A stretch of 54,282 bases of DNA, taken from IMG/VR virus record IMGVR_UViG_3300009705_000019, positions 1 to 54,282 of that record; one strand, 5' to 3'. A program made the translations under genes and the position numbers. The first letter of the stretch is position 1, and each line of letters starts with the position of its first letter. This document shows positions 20,283-29,051 of this stretch, piece after piece. The notes below the pieces were generated by a model. It worked only from the letters and a program-made list of their open reading frames with translations, searched no databases and had not been told where the DNA came from. This DNA comes from a virus. Lineage: Duplodnaviria > Caudoviricetes.

Positions 20283-20914
20283 TCCTCTTCCATCCGAATT
20301 ATAATTTTATGACGTTCACCTTTGTTTTTGATAATCAATGTGTTATGTTTGAGCATTCGATAAGTCAAGTTCGCAATCCATCTCACATCAGTTCTCAACT
20401 TTCTAACCACATTACGCTTGCCCCCGTTAAACCAGTCTGTTATGATTTTTACTTTATGCAATTGAAATACTTCTCCAACTCTTGACAAATCTTCGCAATT
20501 ATTCCAAAATGCAAGGTTGAACAATGAATAACGGCCACCCTCCCTTTCCGTTATTATCTTTGAAATATCGAGGGGAGAGGTGTTTCCGTAAATAGACTCA
20601 TCTGGGTAGCAGTTAATGTTAATCAATTTAATAGCGAATTCGAGGTCATATCCGCATAGAGTCTTTCCCTCAATAAATTTTGGCAATTCACTAAAAGAAT
20701 GCGCCCTTATGCGTTGCTCATTAACAACGTATTGTTGGTCAATATCCTCTTGGAACATATGGAAATAATCATCTTTGAAAAGCATAACCATATCAAGATT
20801 AAATTTAGATGGATCGGAATAGCCAGTATCTAATGTTGCTGCTTCTGTTGATGAAAAGGCAACGATAGGGAGAAGGTCATTCTCTTTCAAATAGTTCTTT
20901 ACTTTGCGTTTCAT
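20279..20914 (-). CDS. RNase H-like/DEDD (YprB-like) exonuclease homologue, apparently degenerate
   Basis: LCGYDLEF, PLDISKII..RYSLFNLA and TDVRWIANL resemble the fold, but ExoI reads VAFSSTE. GGTGA RBS before ATG 20914. Confidence 0.45.
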   Translation of the reverse strand: MKRKVKNYLKENDLLPIVAFSSTEAATLDTGYSDPSKFNLDMVMLFKDDYFHMFQEDIDQQYVVNEQRIRAHSFSELPKFIEGKTLCGYDLEFAIKLININCYPDESIYGNTSPLDISKIITEREGGRYSLFNLAFWNNCEDLSRVGEVFQLHKVKIITDWFNGGKRNVVRKLRTDVRWIANLTYRMLKHNTLIIKNKGERHKIIIRMEEE

Positions 20915-20918
20915 AATA

Positions 20919-22370
20919 TCACCAATTGAAAGCAATAAACGCATTTCGGCCATCCATGAGTCGTTCCGCATCTGGCGATTCTGTCAATTTTTGTAATCTG
21001 CGTTGTGCCGTCTTTACACTTACGCCTTGATCCACAGCATATACCTTTTCCATTTCTTTCTTTGAAACACATTCTCTCTTCGAGCGTGAATGAACCATTT
21101 TCTTACATTTTCCGTATGACACCTTCCATTCGTGAAGTGAAGCATCACGCTTTTTCTTTGCGCTGTAATCCTGTTTCTGTTCGAGCCATATTACTAAATT
21201 ATGCAGATTATCATAGATGATTTCTGTTGCCATCATTATGTGATCGGCGGTAATGACTGATGCCCCCATGATGGTTGCGATAATGTTTCCAAAGGTGATG
21301 GTGTAATTCTCAATGTTGGGGATGAAGGTTGTTGCGGTTTCTCTTATGTTGGTATCATGTATTTTATTTACCAAGTCGTAATAATCAGTAGTTGCATTGA
21401 GTAATGCTGCGTGGTAGGATTCATCGACTGAAAATATATCATAACAGTGGTCGTTGGCGATTTTATCTCTTTGGTAATCCTCCAACACCTCCCATTCTTC
21501 GAGAGTCATACCTGCGGCTTTCAATAAGCGGGTTCGGACATCATCTCGCTTCTCAAGAATAAATGCAGCCAACGCATCATAGCCCCATACCTTCTCAGGA
21601 ACGGGAACATAAGTTCCTTGAAGTCTGTGTTCACTGGTGGTTTGGCGCAGTTCTTGGCTTACATCATTTTGATATAGGAACACACGCTGGAAGAACCCCT
21701 TTTCTAATACGTGGTGCATAATGTCCTTTGGGGGAAAGGTTGTCGCCCATATGGAAACGCCAGATGTTATCTGTATATCAGCCCCTTTCAAGACCTTAGC
21801 CAAATTGTTTGTTGCCGAACCAATAGAGGCCATTGCCTCCTGGAGATAGAGGATTTTCTCGGAGAAGTATGACTTCTTATCATCAAGCAAAACACTTGCT
21901 TCATCGAAGAGAAGTGTCTTGTAGCCGTTAAGCAAACCTTTGGTGACAATGTAATTTGTTTTTCCAGTCGGCTTGCCTTTTTCATCATACTCCGGTTCAG
22001 CATCCACGTGACCCAATAGCCCCGCATCCGAACCTGATGTGAACTTTGCACTTTCAACACCGCAAGCATCAAGCAATTGCTTGGTGAATTCATAGGCGGC
22101 AGATTTACCCGTTCTGGATTGTTGAATCCAATATACGTGAACTCTTGTATCGAGATGCGTTCCATGAATTGGAACTCGAACAAACGGGGCAATTACTTGA
22201 CCCACCACATAGAACAAAGAAAGCATACCTGCGAACTCATTGAAGAAAGAAACAGTATTGAATCTTTCAATGTATTCCTTGATGTATTTACTTCCCTCAT
22301 ATGGCGTTTTTACCAATGAATAATCATACCATTTGCGATCTCCTGAATCCGATGTGGGCTTTAATAACAT
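20919..22370 (-). CDS. MCM-like AAA+ helicase/ATPase with C-terminal winged helix
   Basis: Walker A QSRTGKS, GSDAGLLG (cf. MCM SxAGL), Walker B LLFDE, Arg-finger-like GFFQRVF, C-terminal HTH (VSVKTAQRRL). Confidence 0.7.
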   Translation of the reverse strand: MLLKPTSDSGDRKWYDYSLVKTPYEGSKYIKEYIERFNTVSFFNEFAGMLSLFYVVGQVIAPFVRVPIHGTHLDTRVHVYWIQQSRTGKSAAYEFTKQLLDACGVESAKFTSGSDAGLLGHVDAEPEYDEKGKPTGKTNYIVTKGLLNGYKTLLFDEASVLLDDKKSYFSEKILYLQEAMASIGSATNNLAKVLKGADIQITSGVSIWATTFPPKDIMHHVLEKGFFQRVFLYQNDVSQELRQTTSEHRLQGTYVPVPEKVWGYDALAAFILEKRDDVRTRLLKAAGMTLEEWEVLEDYQRDKIANDHCYDIFSVDESYHAALLNATTDYYDLVNKIHDTNIRETATTFIPNIENYTITFGNIIATIMGASVITADHIMMATEIIYDNLHNLVIWLEQKQDYSAKKKRDASLHEWKVSYGKCKKMVHSRSKRECVSKKEMEKVYAVDQGVSVKTAQRRLQKLTESPDAERLMDGRNAFIAFNW

Positions 22371-22420
22371 GACACTTACTCCTTTTCAATTGTGGGTAGG
22401 CTCAACCAGCGTAAGTATGG

Positions 22421-22440
22421 TATTTGAAGGCTCACTACAT
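22421..22440 (-). promoter_or_regulatory. Conserved viral promoter-like motif ATGTAGTGAGCCTTCAAATA upstream of the MCM-like gene
   Basis: Near-identical to motifs at 31651-31669 and 40946-40960. Confidence 0.55.
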
Positions 22441-23150
22441 CAAGCCCTCGACATCTTGATTTTCTCTTGGGCTATTGGAGACTCACTGTTGAAAGCATTG
22501 AGAATTCTCTTTGCTCTTACTTTGCCAATTCCTTCAACTCCTTGAAGTTCTTTTTCGGTAAGTGATGCGATTTCAATAACAGAACCGTATTGCTCAAGTA
22601 GCCTCTTTGCGATTGCTACACTACACCCTGCCCCTCGCAAAATATCAATCCTCATATCCTCAGTAGCGGTCTTACGAAGCAACCTGTATGTGGCTGATGA
22701 GCCGAGCGTTCCATGCTTTTCAAACCGCTTGCAGATGAAACGTGCTGCCGTTGATTTATCGGGGAACATGATTATTGAAACATCAAAGTCGGCATGGTAT
22801 CTGGCAAGTGAGCCTGTAAAGGATGCGAATACTGAGGGAAACCTCAACCTTCGACCCCTTTTGTTTGCTTTAGTGACATACTGATCAAGCGTTCCATGAA
22901 TCAAAAGAACTGGGTTCGTGTAATTGTCCTCCAAGTTTTGAAGTTGCCTTTCCAAATGCCCTGAATACATCGAACTCATGTAGTCGTCAATTGATTTTGC
23001 TTCGATCCCAACATCTGCGAAACAATAATCGGTAATTATGGTTTGACGCATTTCAAATTTTAACTTCTTCTTCTCACAGTATTTGATAACCAATGCTTCC
23101 AAACCAGAACGCTCTCGATTATCAATGTAAAGAATGCGTTCCTCAGTCAT
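22440..23150 (-). CDS. XPF/ERCC4 (Hef-like) structure-specific nuclease with (HhH)2
   Basis: IDNRE, DY, IEAKSIDDY (ERKxxxD variant) and HhH GVEGIGKVRA. Start set at ATG 23150, overlapping the upstream stop. Confidence 0.85.
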   Translation of the reverse strand: MTEERILYIDNRERSGLEALVIKYCEKKKLKFEMRQTIITDYCFADVGIEAKSIDDYMSSMYSGHLERQLQNLEDNYTNPVLLIHGTLDQYVTKANKRGRRLRFPSVFASFTGSLARYHADFDVSIIMFPDKSTAARFICKRFEKHGTLGSSATYRLLRKTATEDMRIDILRGAGCSVAIAKRLLEQYGSVIEIASLTEKELQGVEGIGKVRAKRILNAFNSESPIAQEKIKMSRA

Positions 23151-23400
23151 GATTCCCAACCACCTGTTGTGCAAGTGTTAGGCTATTCAGCATATCGACT
23201 ACCAATGAAGCCCAGTTAGCATCTTGGGACACGGCAACCATCTCTTCTTTTTGACATATCTCGAAGAATCCAGATTGATTAGAACGTCTAAATGACCAAT
23301 CTAACATATCTGGTGGTGCTTCACCCTTATGGTGTGCTTGTAGCATTGCTTCGGCTTTCTGTTTGCGGATTTCTTCTAATTCTTGTTCTTCTGTTGTCAT
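23143..23400 (-). CDS. Hypothetical protein
   Basis: 85 aa, ATGA-coupled to the primase gene; N-terminal ELEEIRKQK helix. Confidence 0.65.
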   Translation of the reverse strand: MTTEEQELEEIRKQKAEAMLQAHHKGEAPPDMLDWSFRRSNQSGFFEICQKEEMVAVSQDANWASLVVDMLNSLTLAQQVVGNHD

Positions 23401-24497
23401 GCGGTAGCCCCCTTTTCATCATAATACGGACACTTGCCTACACATAATCCTTCATGATAAATTGTAGGGCAAGTTGGAGTTAGGTAATATCGATCAACAC
23501 CGTGTCGAAGATATTTTGATGTTTCTTTGGGGCTATAATCCGACCATTCCAAAGAACGTATGAATGCGTGAGTTAAGGTCATAACTTCTTGATTTGAAAC
23601 CGTCGCCTCCCTTGCAGGTCTGGCAAAATTGCGAAAATAGTCCATTAGATACATCATTAAATAGGAACGGGGTTTGTGTGGAGGGTTGCTACCCTTCTCG
23701 CAAGCCGCCTGAGCCAAGCAGGGAAGCATAGGAATGTTATTGATGCGTTCAATATCAATGTCGATATTATCCATCTCGAAGGTTCTGCTTTCCGCATCAT
23801 ATCTCCCTTTGAACATATCCACCGAATCTCGCTCAACTATTTCCAATTTCATGCCCTTTCCATCGTAAAGGTGCATTCCAGGTGTGGGGTTCTGTGCCTT
23901 TTCGATAATGAAATCCCACCCCTGTTCTAAATCTTCATGCTGAATTGGTATGCCCCATATTTGCCGTTTGAAATTGAAAGTGTTGGGTATTCTTATGTGG
24001 CGGTCTGGTCGGAATGAAACCACAGGGTCAAGAGTCTTGAGGTTGAATTTCTTCACCCAGTCATTGATCATCATTCGCCCTGAAAACAACAAATCAGCCA
24101 TCTTCTCAGGGGGCAAAATATACTCCTTGTCAAGTTTAACCCAGATATGAAATCCACCACCTGTGAACCAAATTGCATGATGAAAAAGCCGCCCCTTGAG
24201 AAATCGAGATAGGGACAAAACCTCTTCACAGCATTTATCTTTAGCCAATTGTTCATCCATGTTATGAACTCTTATTGCTTGGTCAGCGTCAAAATCCATG
24301 ACAAAATGAGGTATAATTGCCGTATTATATTCGCATCGGTTTCCCTTTGGTTTTAATTCTCTAAACCCATAAACAGTAGTGGTGAGGTTTCCTTTTCCAT
24401 TTGTTGTTTCGAGATAATGCTTTAGTTGGTTTTCATTTTGAATAACCTTTCGAAGCCTCATATCAATTTCACGTGGGAAATGAGTAAAAAGAGCCAT
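23397..24497 (-). CDS. Archaeo-eukaryotic primase: PriS catalytic domain fused to PriL Fe-S domain
   Basis: MDFDAD, FTGGGFHIWV, RHIRIPNT; C-terminal LPC...H.PR...CPTI..GLC.GKC. Confidence 0.85.
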   Translation of the reverse strand: MALFTHFPREIDMRLRKVIQNENQLKHYLETTNGKGNLTTTVYGFRELKPKGNRCEYNTAIIPHFVMDFDADQAIRVHNMDEQLAKDKCCEEVLSLSRFLKGRLFHHAIWFTGGGFHIWVKLDKEYILPPEKMADLLFSGRMMINDWVKKFNLKTLDPVVSFRPDRHIRIPNTFNFKRQIWGIPIQHEDLEQGWDFIIEKAQNPTPGMHLYDGKGMKLEIVERDSVDMFKGRYDAESRTFEMDNIDIDIERINNIPMLPCLAQAACEKGSNPPHKPRSYLMMYLMDYFRNFARPAREATVSNQEVMTLTHAFIRSLEWSDYSPKETSKYLRHGVDRYYLTPTCPTIYHEGLCVGKCPYYDEKGATA

Positions 24498-24501
24498 AAT
24501 A

Positions 24502-25191
24502 TCACCATTCTTGAAACAATGTGGGAATTCCCTTTAGTCGATCTTCATATTTGCGTAGTCGTTCTCTTGCCTCAGTAGCAACCCCTATCTTGATTTCATA
24601 ACCAATGTAATTCAAATTAAGAGCCTTTGCTACGCAACCAAACGTTCCGCTACCTGCGAAACCATCCCAGACCCATTCTCCTTCATCAGTAAGCCATTCC
24701 ATGATTGGGAGTATCAAATCTATTGGTTTGCCCCAAACCCCTAATGTCTTGCCGACATTTCGAGGAACTTCAATCACGCTATTCAGCATCTTTCTTTCCT
24801 TTGGCTGGTATGTCCGATCTCCTAAATCAGTATCTCTCCCAATACTGCCTTTGCCTTTGTTAATCGGTTTTTGATTGAAGTTGTATTCACCAGTAAAGGC
24901 ATCATGCCTTAAATCACCATAAATCAAAATGTGTTCATGGGTATGGCGAGGCATCTTATTGCTTACCCATCTGCCATCTTTGAAATGCCAAATCATCTCG
25001 AATTTGGGATTACCAAAAAGGGCTTGAACATGATGTCGATTTTGAAAATTGGTGAAACAGATATATGTTTTTGCTTCTGGAATCGTCTTGACCTTATCCC
25101 ATTCATCGAATGGGGGATCAAGCATAACCAAATCATATACTCTTTCATCACTTATTGATTGACAATCTCCATGACGTATTGTTTGCTTCAT
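24502..25191 (-). CDS. N6-adenine/N4-cytosine DNA methyltransferase (beta class)
   Basis: Catalytic DPPF precedes the SAM-binding WDGFAGSGT motif. Confidence 0.85.
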   Translation of the reverse strand: MKQTIRHGDCQSISDERVYDLVMLDPPFDEWDKVKTIPEAKTYICFTNFQNRHHVQALFGNPKFEMIWHFKDGRWVSNKMPRHTHEHILIYGDLRHDAFTGEYNFNQKPINKGKGSIGRDTDLGDRTYQPKERKMLNSVIEVPRNVGKTLGVWGKPIDLILPIMEWLTDEGEWVWDGFAGSGTFGCVAKALNLNYIGYEIKIGVATEARERLRKYEDRLKGIPTLFQEW

Positions 25192-25195
25192 AATA

Positions 25196-26473
25196 TCACC
25201 ATAAAGTCATTTGTTGAGTCGTCTTTGCGCTGGCTCGATTTGTAAGGTCTGCTGAATCAAGTAATTCAATCCTCTCTCCGATCCAGCGCATGACAGGCAC
25301 AGCCATACTGTTGCCCAATGCTTTGTAGCGGTGTCCGTCAGGACATTCTTCAATGGATTTGCCTTTCCAGGGTATCTGTGTATAGTTATCAGGGAATCCC
25401 TGCAAACGCTCGCATTCGAGAGGGGTCAAACGCCTAACAAGTGAAGATACCGTCAATGTTGGTGCAACAACGGCTACCCCCTCATTCCCCATTTTGCTCA
25501 ATGTGTATGAAGGCGAATCCTTATCACCGATACCTGAGCCATTTTGTTTCTTAGTTGTTATTTGAAGAGGCAATGTCTCATAATGAAAAACCATGTGTTT
25601 ATCGTTTGCTGTCAATGAATACATTGGATCGGACTCAGCACCAACGCCTAAGAAATTACTCGCCCCATCATCGTTCCGCCCATCGCCCCCGCCTTTGTAT
25701 CGAGTCGCTTTGTCGTGGATTGGGATTGATTCTTGCACGACCAAAGCCTCATGCTCAACTCTTTCATTGCCAGTTCGAGCATATGGTGGTCCAGAACTGG
25801 TCATTGTGGGTCCAACTTTTTCACAATGAACTATTCCTCTTCGAGAAGATTCCCTGCCCTTGCTTCCAACGCTTCCCTGAGAGAAGAGGGTAGCACCTTT
25901 CCCCTCCGTTCCGCCCTTCGCAGAATCCCTGCTGAGGCTCGACTTGTCAAATAAAATCGCTGCGGCACTTCGCCAATCTCCGTCAGCACATCCGACAACA
26001 AAGACTCTTCTCCTTCGTTGGGGAACTCCGAAGTATTGAGCGTCAAAAATTCGGTAGGCGAACCCATACCCGAGTTCCGCCACTTCTCTAAGGAAGGTGG
26101 CGAAATCTTCTCCTTCGTTTGATGACAATAAACCTGGCACGTTTTCATAGATGAACCAATTTGGCTGAACTCCCCTAACAATACGGAGGTAGTGTAGGGC
26201 GAGGTTGCCACGTGGATCATCCATTCCAAGTCGCTTTCCCGCATGGGAAAAAGACTGGCAGGGGCTTCCTCCAACGATGAGGTCTGCTTTTCCTTTGTAT
26301 TCGTTCCAATCGACATTCAAAACATCTCCGACATTTTTGACTTCTGGATAATGATATTTGAGAACGGCTGAGGGGAATTCGTCAATGTCGGCAAAGACAA
26401 CAGGTTTCCAGCCCATGTGATGCCAACCTGCTGTTGCTGCCTCGATGCCACTAAACACGCTGATATACCGCAC
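25196..26473 (-). CDS. dcm: C5-cytosine DNA methyltransferase
   Basis: SVFSGI, GGSPCQSFS, YENVPG, PQRRRRVF, RRLTPLECERLQGFPD, LGNSMAV. Confidence 0.92.
   Translation of the reverse strand: MRYISVFSGIEAATAGWHHMGWKPVVFADIDEFPSAVLKYHYPEVKNVGDVLNVDWNEYKGKADLIVGGSPCQSFSHAGKRLGMDDPRGNLALHYLRIVRGVQPNWFIYENVPGLLSSNEGEDFATFLREVAELGYGFAYRIFDAQYFGVPQRRRRVFVVGCADGDWRSAAAILFDKSSLSRDSAKGGTEGKGATLFSQGSVGSKGRESSRRGIVHCEKVGPTMTSSGPPYARTGNERVEHEALVVQESIPIHDKATRYKGGGDGRNDDGASNFLGVGAESDPMYSLTANDKHMVFHYETLPLQITTKKQNGSGIGDKDSPSYTLSKMGNEGVAVVAPTLTVSSLVRRLTPLECERLQGFPDNYTQIPWKGKSIEECPDGHRYKALGNSMAVPVMRWIGERIELLDSADLTNRASAKTTQQMTLW
25831..26316 (-). CDS. Alternative-frame ORF nested in the C5 MTase (beta-polypeptide-like)
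   Basis: Same strand, different frame. LLSDVL...PQRFYLTSRASAGILRRAERRGKVLP..L..AL resembles the overlapping polypeptides of this MTase type; the start may be ATG 26148. Confidence 0.55.
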   Translation of the reverse strand: MSIGTNTKEKQTSSLEEAPASLFPMRESDLEWMIHVATSPYTTSVLLGEFSQIGSSMKTCQVYCHQTKEKISPPSLEKWRNSGMGSPTEFLTLNTSEFPNEGEESLLSDVLTEIGEVPQRFYLTSRASAGILRRAERRGKVLPSSLREALEARAGNLLEEE

Positions 26474-26474
26474 A

Positions 26475-27521
26475 TTAGTTCCCCTCCGCTTTATCCCTCA
26501 TTTCATGAGGCATCATATGGCGTTCATATTTAGGGCAGAATCCCTTGACAGCGCACCAGGGCTGACAGAAATAACGTTCCGCCCCTACTGGTTTTGTCGC
26601 AAACATTTTGCCGTTAAAATCTCCTTTGTATCGAAGATGTGCAGATACAAGGGCTTTGAGATCGGTGAGCATATCAGCGACAACACCTGCCTTGACAGGT
26701 TCAATAAATCGGTATATTTCATTTGGTTTTCCTTCTATGCCCTTTGTATGATCCCATCCCCAATAAGAGATATTGACTCCGCCAAGTTCTAACTGAGAGG
26801 ATTTTCTAAGCATATACACATAAAACGCCATCTCCTTTGCCATGCTATCATATTTCATTTTCTTGTCTTTCCATAGACCAGTTTTCAATTCATGAACATG
26901 ATAATCTCCGTTATCATCCATAAACAATCTATCAATGAATCCATTCAAATGAACCTGAACCTTTGTTCCGTTGATGTCGAGTTCGACCAAAGCATTAACG
27001 CCCAGTTCATTTCCAACTGGCTTGAAAGAATCTGGGTTTGAATCCATGAAGCGTTTTGCCTCCGCATCCATCAGTCGAGATAGATGTTCTTGTTCACCCA
27101 GACTGTAATCCTCTCCCGTTGGCGTAGCGTATTCATCATGCCAACCCTTGCTAATCTGTGCAAGAGGGATAAGAGATTCGAAATATCCTCTTACGCCATC
27201 AAATCCTTGTTCCTCTTTTATCTTCGTTGCATACTCGATATTTAGGACACCATCAAAACCTCGTTCTTCGAGATTACGATCCATAATATATTCATATGCG
27301 TCATGCACATTTGTTCCTCTAAGCATATTATCATTTTGAGGCTCTTTTACACCAAGAACATATTTTATGAAATACTGTTGCTCACAGGTTTGAAATGCGC
27401 CAAGCGAGGATTTGCTTACACGGAGTATCTTATCATCAGCCACGTTGGGATGCCATGCGTATGTTGAATACAACTCTCCGCTTATGGGAACTGGCTGTGG
27501 GGTTGGTGGCTTAATCTTCAT
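26475..27521 (-). CDS. Cas4/AddB-like PD-(D/E)XK nuclease with Fe-S cysteines
   Basis: SKSSL...C, GTNVHDAYE, GFIDRL, ELKTG and C-terminal CQPWC....C. Start set at ATG 27521. Confidence 0.85.
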   Translation of the reverse strand: MKIKPPTPQPVPISGELYSTYAWHPNVADDKILRVSKSSLGAFQTCEQQYFIKYVLGVKEPQNDNMLRGTNVHDAYEYIMDRNLEERGFDGVLNIEYATKIKEEQGFDGVRGYFESLIPLAQISKGWHDEYATPTGEDYSLGEQEHLSRLMDAEAKRFMDSNPDSFKPVGNELGVNALVELDINGTKVQVHLNGFIDRLFMDDNGDYHVHELKTGLWKDKKMKYDSMAKEMAFYVYMLRKSSQLELGGVNISYWGWDHTKGIEGKPNEIYRFIEPVKAGVVADMLTDLKALVSAHLRYKGDFNGKMFATKPVGAERYFCQPWCAVKGFCPKYERHMMPHEMRDKAEGN

Positions 27522-28488
27522 CAATTGCCCCTCCCATAATGTCACAGGACATATCTTCATCTGGTTCAAGCAATACTTCATCAGCCGTTGGTTCATCATC
27601 AATGAATTTAGGGTGCATGAGTTCTGGCGCATCATCGGTGTTAAAATCCTCTAAGGACAATTGACCAACAGCAGTAAAAGCCACCGCTTTGCATGAATTA
27701 CAATCGAATTTGCCTTTCTTTGATGGTGGCTTATATCCTTGTTTGAAACGTTCTTCGAGTTCTTCCAACAAATAACCGTCTTTTCCAGGTTTCATTGAAC
27801 GTAGCCCATGATTGCTAACTTTGACACTTTCCTTATCCCAATGTTTAGCGATCTCCCAAAAATCAGGATAGCCCCGCCATAGATTCCACCATGAATCCAA
27901 TGGTTGTTTGATACAGTGGAAACACCCCAAACGATTAAAATTAACATACAGTTCATTTATCATCTCAAGGTCGTCAAGATATTTTACGCAATCAGCCTCA
28001 GTCCAGCCCCATTCAACAAGCGGGTATCTGTTCTTATCGTTGCGTGAATCCTCTTTTTTACCTGTTCTATGGGCTTCATCGGCAGCAATTCCAATATATG
28101 CAATATCCGCTTCTTTAGCCGCTTTCTGTAAAGGCTGAACCTTTGCTTCTCTCGCCCAATAGCAAGGATATGCTCGAAGAGGCGCACCCCGTTGTTTGCC
28201 CTTGCCCGCACCACGTTTCATAACGCCATAGAACCATTCATCCCACGTCTTAGGAGATCCGACCAACTCAAGTTTCAAATTCCTTTCAGGGTATTTTTCG
28301 TTGATATAAGCCATTACCTTTTCCATGTATTCGAGCAATTCAGGAAATTCAAATCCTGTATCGGCAAAGACAATTCGGGTGACTGGCAAATCGGGGTCGT
28401 TTAATTCCAATAAACGCAACAACATAGCGGTGCTATCCTTGCCGCCAGAAAAACAAACCATCCCGACCTTTTCACTCATGCTCATCAA
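27511..28488 (-). CDS. PAPS-reductase-family (PP-loop) protein
   Basis: CFSGGKDS, DTGFEFPE, YPL..W, RLGCFHC. Confidence 0.85.
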   Translation of the reverse strand: MMSMSEKVGMVCFSGGKDSTAMLLRLLELNDPDLPVTRIVFADTGFEFPELLEYMEKVMAYINEKYPERNLKLELVGSPKTWDEWFYGVMKRGAGKGKQRGAPLRAYPCYWAREAKVQPLQKAAKEADIAYIGIAADEAHRTGKKEDSRNDKNRYPLVEWGWTEADCVKYLDDLEMINELYVNFNRLGCFHCIKQPLDSWWNLWRGYPDFWEIAKHWDKESVKVSNHGLRSMKPGKDGYLLEELEERFKQGYKPPSKKGKFDCNSCKAVAFTAVGQLSLEDFNTDDAPELMHPKFIDDEPTADEVLLEPDEDMSCDIMGGAIDED

Positions 28489-28754
28489 TCCTCGTATGTT
28501 TCCATCTTTACCGTATATGTTAATTTTGCCTCATCAAGATACTTCTTTATGAGCGTTATTGCCTCATCCCTTGTTATGTCAGGGCTATGTTCAAGTGACC
28601 AATCGAGTTCCCAATCATGGCCGTTTTTCCCAAATCCTGTATCGAAATTGATTTTGTGTTCATCATACAATTTACCTCGAATTCCAAAGATGGTTTCGGC
28701 TTCGCCGGTGATCGTGATTTTGTGACCCACTTTTAATTCAACATTCTTACTCAT
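28485..28754 (-). CDS. Hypothetical protein
   Basis: Coupled ORF; start set at ATG 28754 (MSKNVEL). Confidence 0.6.
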   Translation of the reverse strand: MSKNVELKVGHKITITGEAETIFGIRGKLYDEHKINFDTGFGKNGHDWELDWSLEHSPDITRDEAITLIKKYLDEAKLTYTVKMETYED

Positions 28755-28908
28755 CTTTCTTTTTCCTCCTTTCGTCAGTGCATTGTCGCCATTCTTCATC
28801 ATTATAATAGCGTTCTAAATGGCATGGTCGGCAGCACCAATCTGGTGCTTCTTGGGGGCATTCATCTTTATGAATCATCTCGCCACAGTCAGGGCATTCG
28901 TGTTTCAT
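28747..28908 (-). CDS. Small Zn-finger protein
   Basis: MKHECPDC...CCRPC; ATGA overlap with the upstream ORF. Confidence 0.65.
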   Translation of the reverse strand: MKHECPDCGEMIHKDECPQEAPDWCCRPCHLERYYNDEEWRQCTDERRKKKDE

Positions 28909-29051
28909 CCTTGCGCCCCCATAATTGTTAGACGTGCTACTGGTGCAATTCCGCAATTGTAGCAATAGATATTGATTGTTAATCCTGTATCGGGGTTTGA
29001 TTCAATTGCTGAACCAGTTGGCCTCCAATCGTGTTCGCAATCTTTACTCAT
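28905..29051 (-). CDS. 48-aa Cys/His microprotein (not in ORF track)
   Basis: Own translation: MSKDCEHDWRPTGSAIESNPDTGLTINIYCYNCGIAPVARLTIMGAQG. ATGA overlaps at both ends. Confidence 0.65.
   Translation of the reverse strand: MSKDCEHDWRPTGSAIESNPDTGLTINIYCYNCGIAPVARLTIMGAQG

Noticed and set aside
26475-27521. Cas4-like nuclease as evidence of a CRISPR-Cas system
   Set aside because: No other cas genes or array are present; solo Cas4-like nucleases are common in viral replication modules.
27511-28488. Complete Dnd/Ssp phosphorothioation system
   Set aside because: No cysteine desulfurase, DndD/E or SspB/C-like genes are recognisable in the window.
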